A DNA stretch of 64,000 nucleotides from an uncultured Gammaproteobacteria bacterium (GCA_964444705.1 CAYUHX010000002.1:22869-86868); one strand, 5' to 3'; shown: positions 8,469-19,129, counted from the stretch's first letter. Notes: generated by a model not told the origin, from the sequence alone. A program made the numbers and translations.

Positions 8469-9452
8469 TTATTTTTTGAGTTCAGCGTCAATTGCTTGCT
8501 GAAAATCAGAGAGCGGTCGTGCACCGACGACGAGTTTGCCATTTACAAATGTGGCCGGAGTTCCTTGGACACCTTTCGCTACACCTTCTTGGTAATCTTG
8601 TTGCACTTTAGCAGTGAATTTTCCAGAATCAAGACAGGTGTTAAATGTGGTGGCGTTGAGACCAATTTCTTTCGCCCATTGTTTTAAGGATTCAAAGCTT
8701 AGTGCCTGTTGATTTTCAAACACCTTGTCGTGGAATTCCCAGAATTTGTTTTGCTCACCAGCACATTCAGATGCCTCAGCTGCTTTTATCGCATAGGGAT
8801 GAATTTCGCTTAAAGGAAAATGTTTGTAGACGATACGAACTTTGTTGCCATAGGTGGCGGCAATTTGTTTGAGCGTGGGGTAGTGGCGGCTGCAGTAAGG
8901 ACATTGAAAATCAGAAAACTCAACCAAGGTTACAGGCGCATTAAAGCTGCCGAGGATATGATCTTCTTTGGTAATGGTGAACGATTGTACTGGTGGTGGT
9001 GTGTTCGCGTCAGCACCGCTTGGTTGTGGTTGAGCTTGTGCCTGCCCGTTAGGAATAGCGATGGTGTTTGTGCTTGGTCGACGCAGGAGTACTACCGCGA
9101 GAGTGATGTTGATGATCAGCGAGAGTATGCTGAACGCACTCAAAAAACCAACGAACATAAGAGCGGCGGGTGATAAGCTCCAGATGCCATTGTGGGTTGG
9201 GGTAGAGGAAGGGGTTGACATAGGTGAAGGGGTTGGGTCAATTTTTAATGTTTCGTAGGGGCCCGTTTTATGCACGGTGGTTAGAATTACATTTTCGTTC
9301 ACGATGGTTTCATCGTAAGCAGCGGCACCTTTTTTTGATTCAAAATTTACTTTGGCATTGAGCACGCCAGGAATTTGTTTAAGCATTTTCTCAAGCTGCG
9401 CTGCGCCGGCGAGATCAGCAAGGCCAATGATTTGAAACGTGACTTTTTGCAT
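8469..9452 (-). CDS. DsbA-family protein with degenerate N-terminal HMA domain
   Basis: EFSDFQCPYC, GTPATF; N-terminal HMA-like fold lacks CxxC. Confidence 0.85.
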   Translation of the reverse strand: MQKVTFQIIGLADLAGAAQLEKMLKQIPGVLNAKVNFESKKGAAAYDETIVNENVILTTVHKTGPYETLKIDPTPSPMSTPSSTPTHNGIWSLSPAALMFVGFLSAFSILSLIINITLAVVLLRRPSTNTIAIPNGQAQAQPQPSGADANTPPPVQSFTITKEDHILGSFNAPVTLVEFSDFQCPYCSRHYPTLKQIAATYGNKVRIVYKHFPLSEIHPYAIKAAEASECAGEQNKFWEFHDKVFENQQALSFESLKQWAKEIGLNATTFNTCLDSGKFTAKVQQDYQEGVAKGVQGTPATFVNGKLVVGARPLSDFQQAIDAELKK

Positions 9453-9483
9453 AGGCAAAAATAAATAAAAAAATAAATTAATA

Positions 9484-11058
9484 TTATAAGGCTTCAATCA
9501 CTCCGTTATACATTCCCATCGAGCAACTAAATTTGTATTTTCCTGGTCGCGTTACTTCAAATTCCTTCACACTCGTTTCTCCCTGGCGTAAAATTATTTT
9601 ATCGTTAAACAGCTCCCTGGCGATAATGACATTTTCACAGCCGCCGGCTCCTTGATCGGTAATTTCCCAGCGCACTGGTTTTCCAGTACGGATTTTAAAG
9701 TAATTAGGAGAATAGGCTCTCGGTATGGCGTTCATTTTGAGAAGTTGTTTTCCGTTGATGAGTGGAGCAAAGGCAGTGCCATCGTCTGCACGAGTGTGTA
9801 CACCAAAAGATAGATCGTTTAGGCTTGGTAATCCGAGTAGATTAAATTCAGAATTGATGGTGTAAAGAGAAAAAAAGAGTACCACAAATCCGGCAACTAA
9901 AGAAAAATAGCGTGAGAAGCGCGGAGTGGAAGCAAAAGAAATACTGCCAAGACCAATTGTAAGCAGAGTGGGGAGGGTGCCTAGGGCAAAGAAAAACATG
10001 ATGAGCCCACCGTGCCAGGCTGCGCCAGAGATAAGTGCAATTCCTTGAACAATGAGAGTGAAGCCACACGGAAGAAAAAAAGTGGCTGCGCCCAAAAAGA
10101 ATGGCATCAATCGACCAGCAAAATTTTTTTCGTCAGTAAGTTGTGTGGTAAATTTTTTTGGCAAATGAAGTTGTATTTTTTGAAAAAAAGGAATTTCTAA
10201 CATTTGCAACGCAAGCACGATCATTAAGAGTGAAACAAAAATAGTGAGAATAGAAGTGGTGGTAAGAGAAGGTGAAATGAGATTTCCTACTGTTCCAAGA
10301 ATCATTCCACCAAGACCATAAGCGGTGAGACGCCCCGCATTAAAAAGTAGGTGAGGTTGCATCCGGCGAAGACTTGAGACCTCGTTACCGTAGGTGGAAG
10401 ACCACTTTTTTGACAAAGAAAGTACGAGCCCGCCTACCAGAGCCGCGCAGGTAGAAAAACTTGCGATAAGACCAAAGATGGTAAAAGAAAAAAGTGAAGA
10501 GGTGTTCGTGAGGGAAAGTCGTGATGCCAATCCTTGAGTGTTTAACCACAAGAAACTAATAAGAAAGATAAATGCGATACAAAAAGCGCGCCACCATTCT
10601 TTGTCTAAAAAAGGCTGGGTCTTTTTTTGAGAGAGAGAAAAATGATAACCCTCATTTTTAAAAAGAGTATCAAGGGAACTGATTTCTGGTGCCGTGCCCG
10701 AGTGAGTGATGGTAAGCGTGCCGTGTGTAGTTGAGGCCTCAACGAGATGCACTCCCGGCAGAGTTGAGATTTTTTTCTCAAGTATGATTTCACAGGCGGC
10801 GCAGTGGAGGCCGGTGACAAAGTACAGCTGTTGTGCAGTAGCTGCAATCTCCTCTTTTTGGAAAGAAATGTTTTTTTCTCGAAGAAGGGTGAGAACTGAA
10901 TTCTTGGCGGTTTCAGAAGCAAAAGAAACAAAACAGCGATTTTTTTTGGGATTAAAACGTATTTCTTTCACTTCTCCAAGAACAGAGAGTTCGGTTTCAA
11001 GAGAAGTGCTGACCTCGACGGAAAGAGGGGGTTCAAAATGCAAAATAATGTGTGTCAT
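9484..11058 (-). CDS. heavy-metal-associated / DsbD_2 (TauE-like) / cupredoxin fusion membrane protein
   Basis: GLHCAAC HMA; STCAALVGG, FNAGR, FLPCG TM motifs; C-terminal FSCSMGMY. Confidence 0.85.
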   Translation of the reverse strand: MTHIILHFEPPLSVEVSTSLETELSVLGEVKEIRFNPKKNRCFVSFASETAKNSVLTLLREKNISFQKEEIAATAQQLYFVTGLHCAACEIILEKKISTLPGVHLVEASTTHGTLTITHSGTAPEISSLDTLFKNEGYHFSLSQKKTQPFLDKEWWRAFCIAFIFLISFLWLNTQGLASRLSLTNTSSLFSFTIFGLIASFSTCAALVGGLVLSLSKKWSSTYGNEVSSLRRMQPHLLFNAGRLTAYGLGGMILGTVGNLISPSLTTTSILTIFVSLLMIVLALQMLEIPFFQKIQLHLPKKFTTQLTDEKNFAGRLMPFFLGAATFFLPCGFTLIVQGIALISGAAWHGGLIMFFFALGTLPTLLTIGLGSISFASTPRFSRYFSLVAGFVVLFFSLYTINSEFNLLGLPSLNDLSFGVHTRADDGTAFAPLINGKQLLKMNAIPRAYSPNYFKIRTGKPVRWEITDQGAGGCENVIIARELFNDKIILRQGETSVKEFEVTRPGKYKFSCSMGMYNGVIEAL

Positions 11059-11076
11059 AGCAGTGTGAGAATCTTT

Positions 11077-12045
11077 TTAGTGCGAACGGTTTGAAGAACA
11101 AGTTGTTACTTTATCCCATGATGAAAACAAAAGAGGAGTGCTGAGAGTTTGATTAAAGGTGCATTGATGCACTGTCGAAGAAGGTGTTTGGCGGGCAAAA
11201 ACGAGGGGAATAAAAGCTTGGGCAAAAAGTAAAATGCTTGCTATGACCGCAAAAATTGCATACCCAATTTGTCGGAAAGAATGGGGCGTAGCTTTGGTTG
11301 AATTAGTGAGGCGGTCGATGCGAGCTTCGAGCGTCGAAAAAGCAGCCGTGGTGCTCGTAGAAAAAAATGACGTACCTCCAGTTGAAATAATTTTGAGCAG
11401 TGCGCTTCCTAGGGTGTGGGGGGAAACCTCTTTGAGGGCGCCATTGTCGGCCGCAAATTCATGAGCAAGTTCCATTTTTTTAAGAAGGAGTTCGCGTGCA
11501 GGGATATACCACCAGAGTGCTAAGAGGCTGCGCAGTAAAAGTGTGCGGAGGGGATGTTTTTCTTCTTGATGAATTTTTTCGTGCGTGAGAATAGCGGTGA
11601 TTTCTGAAGGGGTGCAGTGTTGAAGTATTCCTTTTGAGAGATAAATGGTAGGTCGAAAAAAACCAATCGTGCAGGCAAAAGAACGTTCGTCATTGGGTAC
11701 ATACACTTGAATATTTGGGGAGGTAAAAGATGCGCTAAAGCTATGGGCGCGAAGTCGTCGTTCAAGACGCGCAGAACGCCAGATTTCAATGAATAAAGAA
11801 TATACTGCGAATATAAGACCGCTTCCAATGAGAAAGAGAGTAGCTAAGAGAGCGCGGTGTCCAGAGCTGATTAAAAAAGAGGTAAAAGAACTAAAGATTC
11901 CTTGGCAGCAAGAAGCAAGAAAATTTTGCCACTCAGTGCGGAGGTAGGTGTTGCCAAAAAAAAGCGCTTTTGCGCCGAGTGCAATTGTGGTTACCAGAAA
12001 AAAAATAAGAATTTTTTGTAGAGAGATGCGTTTGAAAAAAATCAT
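11077..12045 (-). CDS. M56 (BlaR1-like) membrane zinc peptidase
   Basis: IGFFRPTIYLS, HEKIH, EFAAD. Confidence 0.85.
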   Translation of the reverse strand: MIFFKRISLQKILIFFLVTTIALGAKALFFGNTYLRTEWQNFLASCCQGIFSSFTSFLISSGHRALLATLFLIGSGLIFAVYSLFIEIWRSARLERRLRAHSFSASFTSPNIQVYVPNDERSFACTIGFFRPTIYLSKGILQHCTPSEITAILTHEKIHQEEKHPLRTLLLRSLLALWWYIPARELLLKKMELAHEFAADNGALKEVSPHTLGSALLKIISTGGTSFFSTSTTAAFSTLEARIDRLTNSTKATPHSFRQIGYAIFAVIASILLFAQAFIPLVFARQTPSSTVHQCTFNQTLSTPLLFSSWDKVTTCSSNRSH

Positions 12046-12046
12046 A

Positions 12047-12475
12047 CTAGTGTGGGTCGAGAGTATCTACAAATTGTTTTAATTTTTTTACTGTTTCTTC
12101 GTCAAGCTCATTTTTCATATCGGCAAAATGAGCGACACTGAAAAGTGATGGATCATGGATGAGAGCACGTAGAAAATGGTGTGCAATCATTTTAGTAAAG
12201 TCTTTGTACGATATTGTGGCGTGGTATAAAAATACACCTTCTTTTTTTTCTTTAGCCAAAAGTTTTTTCTCCACTAGACGGTTCATGACGGTCATGGTGG
12301 CGTTGGTTGAGAGTGGTTTGTAGGCGTGGTGCAAGATGGTGCGCACACCTTGAACTCCTAAACCTTCTTTGTTTTCCCAAATGGCGTGCATGATTTTGGC
12401 TTCCAGTTCACCGAGTACTTTGCCTACTCCTTCTGCGCGGGGGTGGAAAAGCGAAGGAATGAATGAAGTCGCCAT
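12047..12475 (-). CDS. BlaI/MecI/CopY family repressor
   Basis: LGELEAKIMHAIW...TMTVMNRLVEKKLL. Confidence 0.9.
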   Translation of the reverse strand: MATSFIPSLFHPRAEGVGKVLGELEAKIMHAIWENKEGLGVQGVRTILHHAYKPLSTNATMTVMNRLVEKKLLAKEKKEGVFLYHATISYKDFTKMIAHHFLRALIHDPSLFSVAHFADMKNELDEETVKKLKQFVDTLDPH

Positions 12476-12501
12476 AGGGAAAAATAAAAAACAACACCCT
12501 T

Positions 12502-12530
12502 ATAATACTACAGTGTGTAGTGTGATACAA
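12502..12530 (-). promoter_or_regulatory. promoter with a BlaI-type operator in its spacer
   Basis: Minus strand TTGTAT-17-TATTAT; palindrome TACTAC-N5-GTAGTG at 12506-12522. Confidence 0.65.
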
Positions 12531-12590
12531 GATGACTCGTGTGGATAAGAAAATATTCTTTTAACAGACACGGGTCGGTGTGTAAGAAAA

Positions 12591-13397
12591 TTAAATGCGA
12601 GCACTTATTTTTTCTACCTGGGCGAGTAATTCAGCGTTGGAATATTGGGTGCGATCAATTTTTTGCCATATATTTGACGAGAGAGATTGGTCGTAGGGGC
12701 AAATTCTGCGCACCCAATCAACAAAAGGAGAGATATCGTTGGGGTTTTGTGGGTTGACTCGACTGTATTCAATTATTTCGGTGTTATAAATTCTATCGGT
12801 TGGCGTTTTTGATTTTTCTAGATCGTGGCATTCTTCGGCAGAAAGTCGTTCGATCAGTGTCTGGAAAGTGCGCATTACTTCACCGTGACAGACGATGATA
12901 ATTCGGTTGTCTGTACATTCGCGATGGAGCGTGTTCATAATACCCGCACGAATACGTGTGCAGACCTCGGCCAGTGATTCGCCTTCTGGTGGATACCAAT
13001 AAAAACGATGGAGTGCGCGTTGGCGCAAATGTTCAGGAAAGCGTTCTTGGCGTTCATTTTCAGGCATCACCTCCATTATGCCTTTGTCACGCTCGCGGAG
13101 TCCGTATTCAATTCGCCACGACGCACCATCAAGCTCAAGATGAGCGGCTGTTTCGAGCGCTCGTACGTAGTTGGAGCAGTAGTATCGGTCAAAATGAGTG
13201 TGTCCATTTTCTTTTAGCCATTTTCCGGCAATTTTTGCTTGTTCAATACCAAGTGAAGTTAGCCGCCAACTGGAACCATGGCGATTGCGAAATTCGGGTG
13301 TGAAGGCACTGTTATCACCTTTTCGAGAAAGCTCGTTTGCTTTGTTGCCTTCTGACTCACCGTGGCGAACAAGAACAAGATGAAGAGGGAGGGACAT
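12591..13397 (-). CDS. histidine phosphatase (phosphoglycerate mutase-like)
   Basis: LVRHGES, RALETA, GES, VCHG motifs. Confidence 0.9.
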   Translation of the reverse strand: MSLPLHLVLVRHGESEGNKANELSRKGDNSAFTPEFRNRHGSSWRLTSLGIEQAKIAGKWLKENGHTHFDRYYCSNYVRALETAAHLELDGASWRIEYGLRERDKGIMEVMPENERQERFPEHLRQRALHRFYWYPPEGESLAEVCTRIRAGIMNTLHRECTDNRIIIVCHGEVMRTFQTLIERLSAEECHDLEKSKTPTDRIYNTEIIEYSRVNPQNPNDISPFVDWVRRICPYDQSLSSNIWQKIDRTQYSNAELLAQVEKISARI

Positions 13398-13467
13398 AGG
13401 TAGTGTGTGGTTACAATAGGCTGAAGAACAAAATAACCCTTTGCAGGGTTATTTTAAGAGTGGTCTT

Positions 13468-14547
13468 TTATTCAGTGGCGAGAGGTGCTTCCTCAGTAGC
13501 CGCTCCGGGTTCGCCGGTTTCTTCTTCTGGCGGTTCGCCTTTTTCAGTTACTTCCCAGACCGCGTCTTTAATTTGTTTGAGCAATTTGGGGTTTTCGCGT
13601 AAGAATCGTTTGGCACTTTCTCGGCCAACACCAAGTTTTTCTTCTTTAAACATGTAGGAGTTGCCTTTTTTATCTACCACTCGATAGGTGACCGCAGTAT
13701 CAAGCACATCGCCTGAAACAGATATACCTTCGTTATACATGATGTCAAATTCACAGGTTCTAAACGGAGCGGCCACTTTGTTTTTAACCACCTTCACTTT
13801 TACTCGGTTGCCGATAATTTTGTCGCCCTGTTTAATTTGGGCCGCGCGACGAACCTCAACACGCATGGAGGCATAAAATTTTAAGGCCACACCGCCGGTG
13901 GTTGTTTCTGGATTGCCAAACACAATGCCAATTTTTTGGCGGGTTTGGTTGATGAAAATTACGGTTGTTTTAGATTTACTAATAATACCAGTGAGTTTGC
14001 GGAGTGCCTGACTCATAAGACGGGCTTGGAGACCCATGTGTTGGTCACCCATTTCACCTTCGATTTCTGCTTTTGGCACAAGTGCTGCCACCGAGTCGAT
14101 GACAACTACGTCAACCGCATTGGAACGCACCAGTGTTTCCACAATCTCAAGTGCTTGTTCTCCGGTGTCAGGTTGTGAAATGAGAAGCTCGTCAACTTGT
14201 ACGCCAATTTTTTTGGCGTAGTCGGGGTCGAGGGCGTGTTCGGCGTCGACGAAGGCCGCAATGCCGTGCATTTTTTGGGTTTCAGCAACAATGTGTTGTG
14301 CGAGAGTGGTTTTACCACTGGCTTCTGGGCCGTAAATTTCTACAATGCGTCCACGTGGTACGCCACGTACGCCGAGAGCGATGTCGAGTGACAAACAGCC
14401 GGTAGGAATCACATCAACTTGCATGGTTTTGGCTTCGCCAAATTTCATGATTGATCCTTCGCCAAAGCGGGTTTTGATTTGCTCAATTGCGCTTTCGGCT
14501 GCTTTTAATTTTTCTTTTACCTCTTCAGAGATAGATGCTTTCGCCAT
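13468..14547 (-). CDS. recA: recombinase RecA
   Basis: [35 protein letters not shown]. Confidence 0.99.
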   Translation of the reverse strand: MAKASISEEVKEKLKAAESAIEQIKTRFGEGSIMKFGEAKTMQVDVIPTGCLSLDIALGVRGVPRGRIVEIYGPEASGKTTLAQHIVAETQKMHGIAAFVDAEHALDPDYAKKIGVQVDELLISQPDTGEQALEIVETLVRSNAVDVVVIDSVAALVPKAEIEGEMGDQHMGLQARLMSQALRKLTGIISKSKTTVIFINQTRQKIGIVFGNPETTTGGVALKFYASMRVEVRRAAQIKQGDKIIGNRVKVKVVKNKVAAPFRTCEFDIMYNEGISVSGDVLDTAVTYRVVDKKGNSYMFKEEKLGVGRESAKRFLRENPKLLKQIKDAVWEVTEKGEPPEEETGEPGAATEEAPLATE

Positions 14548-14603
14548 AGAAAACAATTAGATTAAAGCTCAAGAACTAAGAATTAAGCAAAAATTAATCG
14601 CGC

Positions 14604-15320
14604 CTAATTCTTTGATCTCGAATCGTCGCCCAAACTCACTGTACCTAAGCCTTTTTTTAATACCACATGACGAGTGAGTGAGCTTGTTTTACTGCCATGT
14701 TTTTTGGCCGCTACCACGGTAATGGTGTTTAAACCTTGAGCCAAATTAATAGTCAGAGAAAAATGACCTTTTTCGTTTACGACAATGTCCTGGCCGTTTA
14801 CTAAAAGTTTTGTCTCTGGTTCAGTACTTCCCTGAATGAGGGTGTTGGCGCTTCCAGTGATCTCGCCCTCGTTTGGGGAAAATAGACTTAATGCAGGCGG
14901 TTTGAGGAGTGTATTTACTTGATTGATTGAATATCCTACAAATAAGACCACAAACCCTGCGATGAGACTGTTTTTTACCAAGAGGGAAATTGATCCAAAA
15001 GGAATTTTAGAGAGCTTGGTGGGAAGTTTGGTGAGAGTCGAAAGACCGTCGAGGCCACCTTGTTGGGTAAGCCTTGTAACACATTCCTCGCTTGAGAGAC
15101 GTAAAAACTCTGCAAGTTGTTTTACGTAGGCCAGTCGATAAAGGCGTGATTTTGGTAACCGAGCGAACGCATTTTCTTCAAGCGCGGTGATGTAGCGAGG
15201 TGAAAGTCGCAATTGCGCAGCAAGTTCGGTCAAAGACATTTTTCTTTGTTCCCGTGCCCGGCGAAATAGTTGACCGATAGTGACCGTTTCTTCTAATTTT
15301 TTAAAACAGAAAATGGCCAT
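14604..15320 (-). CDS. RodZ-like HTH membrane protein with Ig-like C-terminus
   Basis: N-terminal HTH (GQLFRRARE...ALEE...LP...YVK), one TM, beta-rich tail; downstream of ftsK. Confidence 0.75.
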   Translation of the reverse strand: MAIFCFKKLEETVTIGQLFRRAREQRKMSLTELAAQLRLSPRYITALEENAFARLPKSRLYRLAYVKQLAEFLRLSSEECVTRLTQQGGLDGLSTLTKLPTKLSKIPFGSISLLVKNSLIAGFVVLFVGYSINQVNTLLKPPALSLFSPNEGEITGSANTLIQGSTEPETKLLVNGQDIVVNEKGHFSLTINLAQGLNTITVVAAKKHGSKTSSLTRHVVLKKGLGTVSLGDDSRSKN

Positions 15321-15379
15321 ACGTCATTTAACTTTTCAAAAATTGCGCAACGACTTTGAGGGATAAAAGAGAAAAGAAA

Positions 15380-17668
15380 CTACGGTGAAGAGTTGGTAGT
15401 GTTGGAAGGTGGGTCAAAAACTGTTCCGCCCGCATCCATGGTTTGTTCGTCTTCAGGTAATTCTTCTTCTGCTTCAGGGCGAAGATGTTCAGTAAACAAC
15501 TCGCGTGGTTTTGCTCCATCAGCCGGTCCTACTATACCAGCTTCTTCTAGTTCGTCAAGCAGACGCGCAGCACGAGCGTAGCCCACTTTTAATCGTCGTT
15601 GGAGCAGGGAAGCGCTGGCTTTTCCTGATTCCACAATTATTTTTTTAGCATCGTCAAACAAAGAATCTTGGGTGTCGCTGGCGCCGCCAAACATATTCAC
15701 GGTGCCAAGTGAGGAGGCTTTCGCCACAATAGATTCGTCGTAAACGGGCGGTTCATCACCTTTCAGATAATTCACCACCTTTTTTAATTCCTCTTCTGAT
15801 ACATAGGCACTTTGTACGCGCCGTGGTTTAGAAAGATCTGCCGTAAGAAATAACATGTCGCCGCGTCCGAGTAATTTTTCAGCACCGGAGCAGTCTAAAA
15901 TGGTGCGTGAATCAATGAGTGACGCCACAGAAAAGGCCATACGTCCAGGAATATTTGCTTTCATAAGACCGGTGATAACCTCAACACTCGGGCGTTGTGT
16001 GGCAACCACGAGATGAATACCCACCGCACGTGCCATTTGTGCCAAGCGAATGATTCCGGCTTCAACTTCACTTGCCGCCATGGCCATGAGATCGGCCAGT
16101 TCATCGATTACAAATACAATGAAAGGCAAGGGTTCGGCTGCTTCTTTGTTGTACGTTCCAATGTCGCGTTTTCCAGCCGCAGCTAAAAGATCAAAGCGAC
16201 GTTCCATTTCACCAATTGTCCATTTAAGTGCATTCACGGTTTTGGCTGGATCGGTAATCACAGGCGTTAACAAATGTGGAATGCCGTTGTAAAGCGTGAG
16301 TTCTACACGTTTGGGATCAACCATGATAAAGCGCAATGTTTCTGGAGTGTTTTGATAAAGAAGGCTGAGAATGAGTGTGTTGATACCCACCGTTTTACCT
16401 GATCCAGTCGCTCCGGCGATGAGTAGGTGAGGCATTTTGGGTAAGTCGGCCAAAATAGTCGTGCCCGATACGTCTTTTCCAACTGCCACATACATGGAGT
16501 GATCACGTTTTTGAAATTCAGGGCTTTCAAATAATTCACGCAAAGAAACCATGGCCACTTTTTGATTTGGCACTTCAATTCCTACCAATGATTGGCCGGG
16601 AATGGGCGCTTCAATACGAAGCGGGTGCGCAGCGAGCGACAAAGCAAGATCGTTTTGGAGGGCGGTGATGCGAGTAAGTTTAATTCCTTTGGCTGGTTTG
16701 AGTGAATACTGTGTCACCGTGGGCCCCACACGCACTTCGCCCATTTCTACTTCAATGCCAAAATTTTTGAGCGTCTCTTGAATCATGACGGCGTTGTGGC
16801 GGATATCGCCCGAAGTAGGTTTGCTCTTAGAAGAAACAAGAAGATCGAGTGAGGGAAGAGCTTTCACGTTGCTTGCTTTAGGCACACCCACCGGAATGAG
16901 AGGTTTTGGTTGGGGTAAAGTAGCGGGTTCAGGAGCTGATTTTTTGAGAGTAGCGGCAGATACTGGTTTTCGTTCAAAATGGTGATCTTCAACCGGTTCG
17001 TCTTCTGCGGCGTCGTCGGTCGTTTCTTCATCAGGCACTGTTTCGTGCTCCCCTTTAATACGAAAGGAAACATGATCTTCTTCTTTGTGAAAGACTGTTT
17101 TAGCAGCAGCAAATAGTTGGCTAAAAAACCAACCCACGTACCAAACCAAGCGGTGGGGTAATGATAAAAGACTGGTAAGTGTGGTGTTAAAGATAATAAT
17201 GAGCGCTGCCAGAAATAACCCTGAGAGAATGAGGAGTCCACCCCAATAACCAATAAATTTGGCGAGTGGCCAGGCCAAGAGTAGTCCCACCACACCACCA
17301 CCATAGCCGCTGCGGGCGAGAAGAGGCATCTCTTCGAGCGGTTTAGAAAGGTGAACCAATCCATTGAAGCTCAAAAAAAATAAAATGCCGCCAATGAGTT
17401 GTGCGGGTTGGTAGGTATATTCGGTTTCTTTTAAAAGCAAAATAGCAATAAGGGTAAGTACTGCGGGAAAAACATAGCGCACCTCACCAAACGCAATAGC
17501 CAGAAGAGCGTTGATAAATTCGCCCATCACGCCAGCGTAGGAAAAAAAACTAAGGAGGGCGAGACCGCTTACGATAAATAAAAAAAGAGCCAGCAAGCCG
17601 CGGCTGATTTCGGGGTTAAGGTTAAAGCGTTCAGAAAAAGTTGCTTTTTGTGGGCGAACTCGAGACAT
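15380..17668 (-). CDS. ftsK: DNA translocase FtsK/SpoIIIE
   Basis: 4-TM N-terminus, AGATGSGKT, IDELADLM, ATQRPSV, gamma domain ASASLLQRRL. Confidence 0.97.
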   Translation of the reverse strand: MSRVRPQKATFSERFNLNPEISRGLLALFLFIVSGLALLSFFSYAGVMGEFINALLAIAFGEVRYVFPAVLTLIAILLLKETEYTYQPAQLIGGILFFLSFNGLVHLSKPLEEMPLLARSGYGGGVVGLLLAWPLAKFIGYWGGLLILSGLFLAALIIIFNTTLTSLLSLPHRLVWYVGWFFSQLFAAAKTVFHKEEDHVSFRIKGEHETVPDEETTDDAAEDEPVEDHHFERKPVSAATLKKSAPEPATLPQPKPLIPVGVPKASNVKALPSLDLLVSSKSKPTSGDIRHNAVMIQETLKNFGIEVEMGEVRVGPTVTQYSLKPAKGIKLTRITALQNDLALSLAAHPLRIEAPIPGQSLVGIEVPNQKVAMVSLRELFESPEFQKRDHSMYVAVGKDVSGTTILADLPKMPHLLIAGATGSGKTVGINTLILSLLYQNTPETLRFIMVDPKRVELTLYNGIPHLLTPVITDPAKTVNALKWTIGEMERRFDLLAAAGKRDIGTYNKEAAEPLPFIVFVIDELADLMAMAASEVEAGIIRLAQMARAVGIHLVVATQRPSVEVITGLMKANIPGRMAFSVASLIDSRTILDCSGAEKLLGRGDMLFLTADLSKPRRVQSAYVSEEELKKVVNYLKGDEPPVYDESIVAKASSLGTVNMFGGASDTQDSLFDDAKKIIVESGKASASLLQRRLKVGYARAARLLDELEEAGIVGPADGAKPRELFTEHLRPEAEEELPEDEQTMDAGGTVFDPPSNTTNSSP

Positions 17669-17727
17669 AGAATATTTAAAAGTTATCGTAGTATAGCATG
17701 AATAGACAGCAGATTGTAGATAAACAA

Positions 17728-17754
17728 AAACAGACTTTACACAAAAGTCTGTTT
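17728..17754 (-). terminator. terminator after gene 17900-19129
   Basis: AAACAGACTTT-acaca-AAAGTCTGTTT; small hairpin GAGCGTG-gag-CACGCTC at 17759-17775. Confidence 0.75.
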
Positions 17755-17792
17755 AGAAGAGCGTGGAGCACGCTCGTGGTAACGTATCTCAT

Positions 17793-17849
17793 CTCATTCC
17801 GCTACATCTGAATTTAAGCTTTAAATTTAGATGTAGGTGGCGGAACGAG
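17793..17849 (-). repeat. 57-nt bulged hairpin, element 3
   Basis: Gene strand: CTCGTTCCGC[CACC]TACATCTAAATTTAA-agc-TTAAATTCAGATGTA-GCGGAATGAG. Confidence 0.8.
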
Positions 17850-17899
17850 GAAGTGGGCTCGAGTGGGGAGAAGCCACCTCGGAGCCGGCGCGGTGGCTC

Positions 17900-19129
17900 C
17901 TAGAACTCGGCGGCCGTGCGGCCGATTCCTCGGCAAAGGGGGTCGCGCTGGTCGGTGAATTCATTTATGTTCACCGCCGGGTCCCCGATTTGCGCCCTGA
18001 ACGCGGCCTCGTCGATCAGCAGGTCGCGCGAGCTACACGGTGATACCTTCACCGAGTTGGCATAAGGGTTGTCACCATGGTCCAGAAACAACCCTTCGGT
18101 GGGGAAGCTGATGAGTTCGTGTTCGCACACCCAGATGGGCTGGGTGGGGATGTTGATGCTCTTCAGCAGAGCCACCATAAAGCCCACACTTCCGTGACAG
18201 CCCGCGGTCCAGTGTTGGACCCCTGCGTCTGGATTGTTGGTATCAATAGTACCTTCAATGATTGCGCCCAGCGGTGCGAATCCTGCATACCCCCATACTG
18301 CTAGATGGTTGGTGTATGAGGATGGCCCATAGTAATGCGTCATCATGTGCCGCATCCAATCAATCAGGTTCACAATTGTGCTTAGGCGATTTTCACCGAC
18401 TATTCCCTGGCTCGCAAGCCAGTTGTACAGCGCTCGTGGGGGCGCGTAGGGTGTTTGTGCGCGGTTATCTTTTGTGAAATAAGGTGTGCCTATTTCACTC
18501 GTCCCAACCGTGTAGACTACGGGAGAATATTCGAGCCGCCACCCAATGGCCGCGCTGTCAAACAGTTCTCGGAGTTGTTCGTCGTTGTACCCGGTGATGC
18601 TCCACCCAAGGGTAGTGGAGGTCTCGAGCGCGAGCGAGAAGCCCACTTGGGCAACATAAAGTCGCCACATGTAGGTTTCTTCGAACTCCTTCGCAACTTT
18701 GCAGTTTGGGCAACGATCGCCGTTATTATTGTTCGACGGCCTATCGGTCAGACCATCGGCGATGAAGCCTACAGGCGTTGCTCCACCCCGTAGCCAGTCG
18801 TAGGCGGTTTTGTAGGCGGTTTCGAGGTCCGCCTTTTGGACAGTCGACCATTTGGTGTAGTTTTGTTTTTCGCTATCTGTCGGCGGTGTGTAGGCGTTAA
18901 GAGACGCCTGAGCGTGCTGCCACTTGATGGCCGTTGCCACCTGGGGGTGGTTGGCTAACCACTGCGCCGCGGTTGGTGGTTTGCTTGGAATGATTACTAC
19001 CGGTGGGTCATCCGTGGGTCGTTCGCCCATGTCTGCGACCGATGGTGGCCGCTCTTGATTTGTGGGGCTTGGCCCGCAAGCGGTGGTGCAGAAAAGCCAG
19101 AAAAGAATCAGACCAACGAGACGTTGCAT
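17900..19129 (-). CDS. GC-rich, SD-led lipoprotein with transglutaminase-like C-terminus
   Basis: GGAG before ATG 19129; FCTTAC lipobox; AGCHGSVGFMVALLKSINIP...H...D resembles a Cys-His-Asp transglutaminase core. Confidence 0.7.
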   Translation of the reverse strand: MQRLVGLILFWLFCTTACGPSPTNQERPPSVADMGERPTDDPPVVIIPSKPPTAAQWLANHPQVATAIKWQHAQASLNAYTPPTDSEKQNYTKWSTVQKADLETAYKTAYDWLRGGATPVGFIADGLTDRPSNNNNGDRCPNCKVAKEFEETYMWRLYVAQVGFSLALETSTTLGWSITGYNDEQLRELFDSAAIGWRLEYSPVVYTVGTSEIGTPYFTKDNRAQTPYAPPRALYNWLASQGIVGENRLSTIVNLIDWMRHMMTHYYGPSSYTNHLAVWGYAGFAPLGAIIEGTIDTNNPDAGVQHWTAGCHGSVGFMVALLKSINIPTQPIWVCEHELISFPTEGLFLDHGDNPYANSVKVSPCSSRDLLIDEAAFRAQIGDPAVNINEFTDQRDPLCRGIGRTAAEF

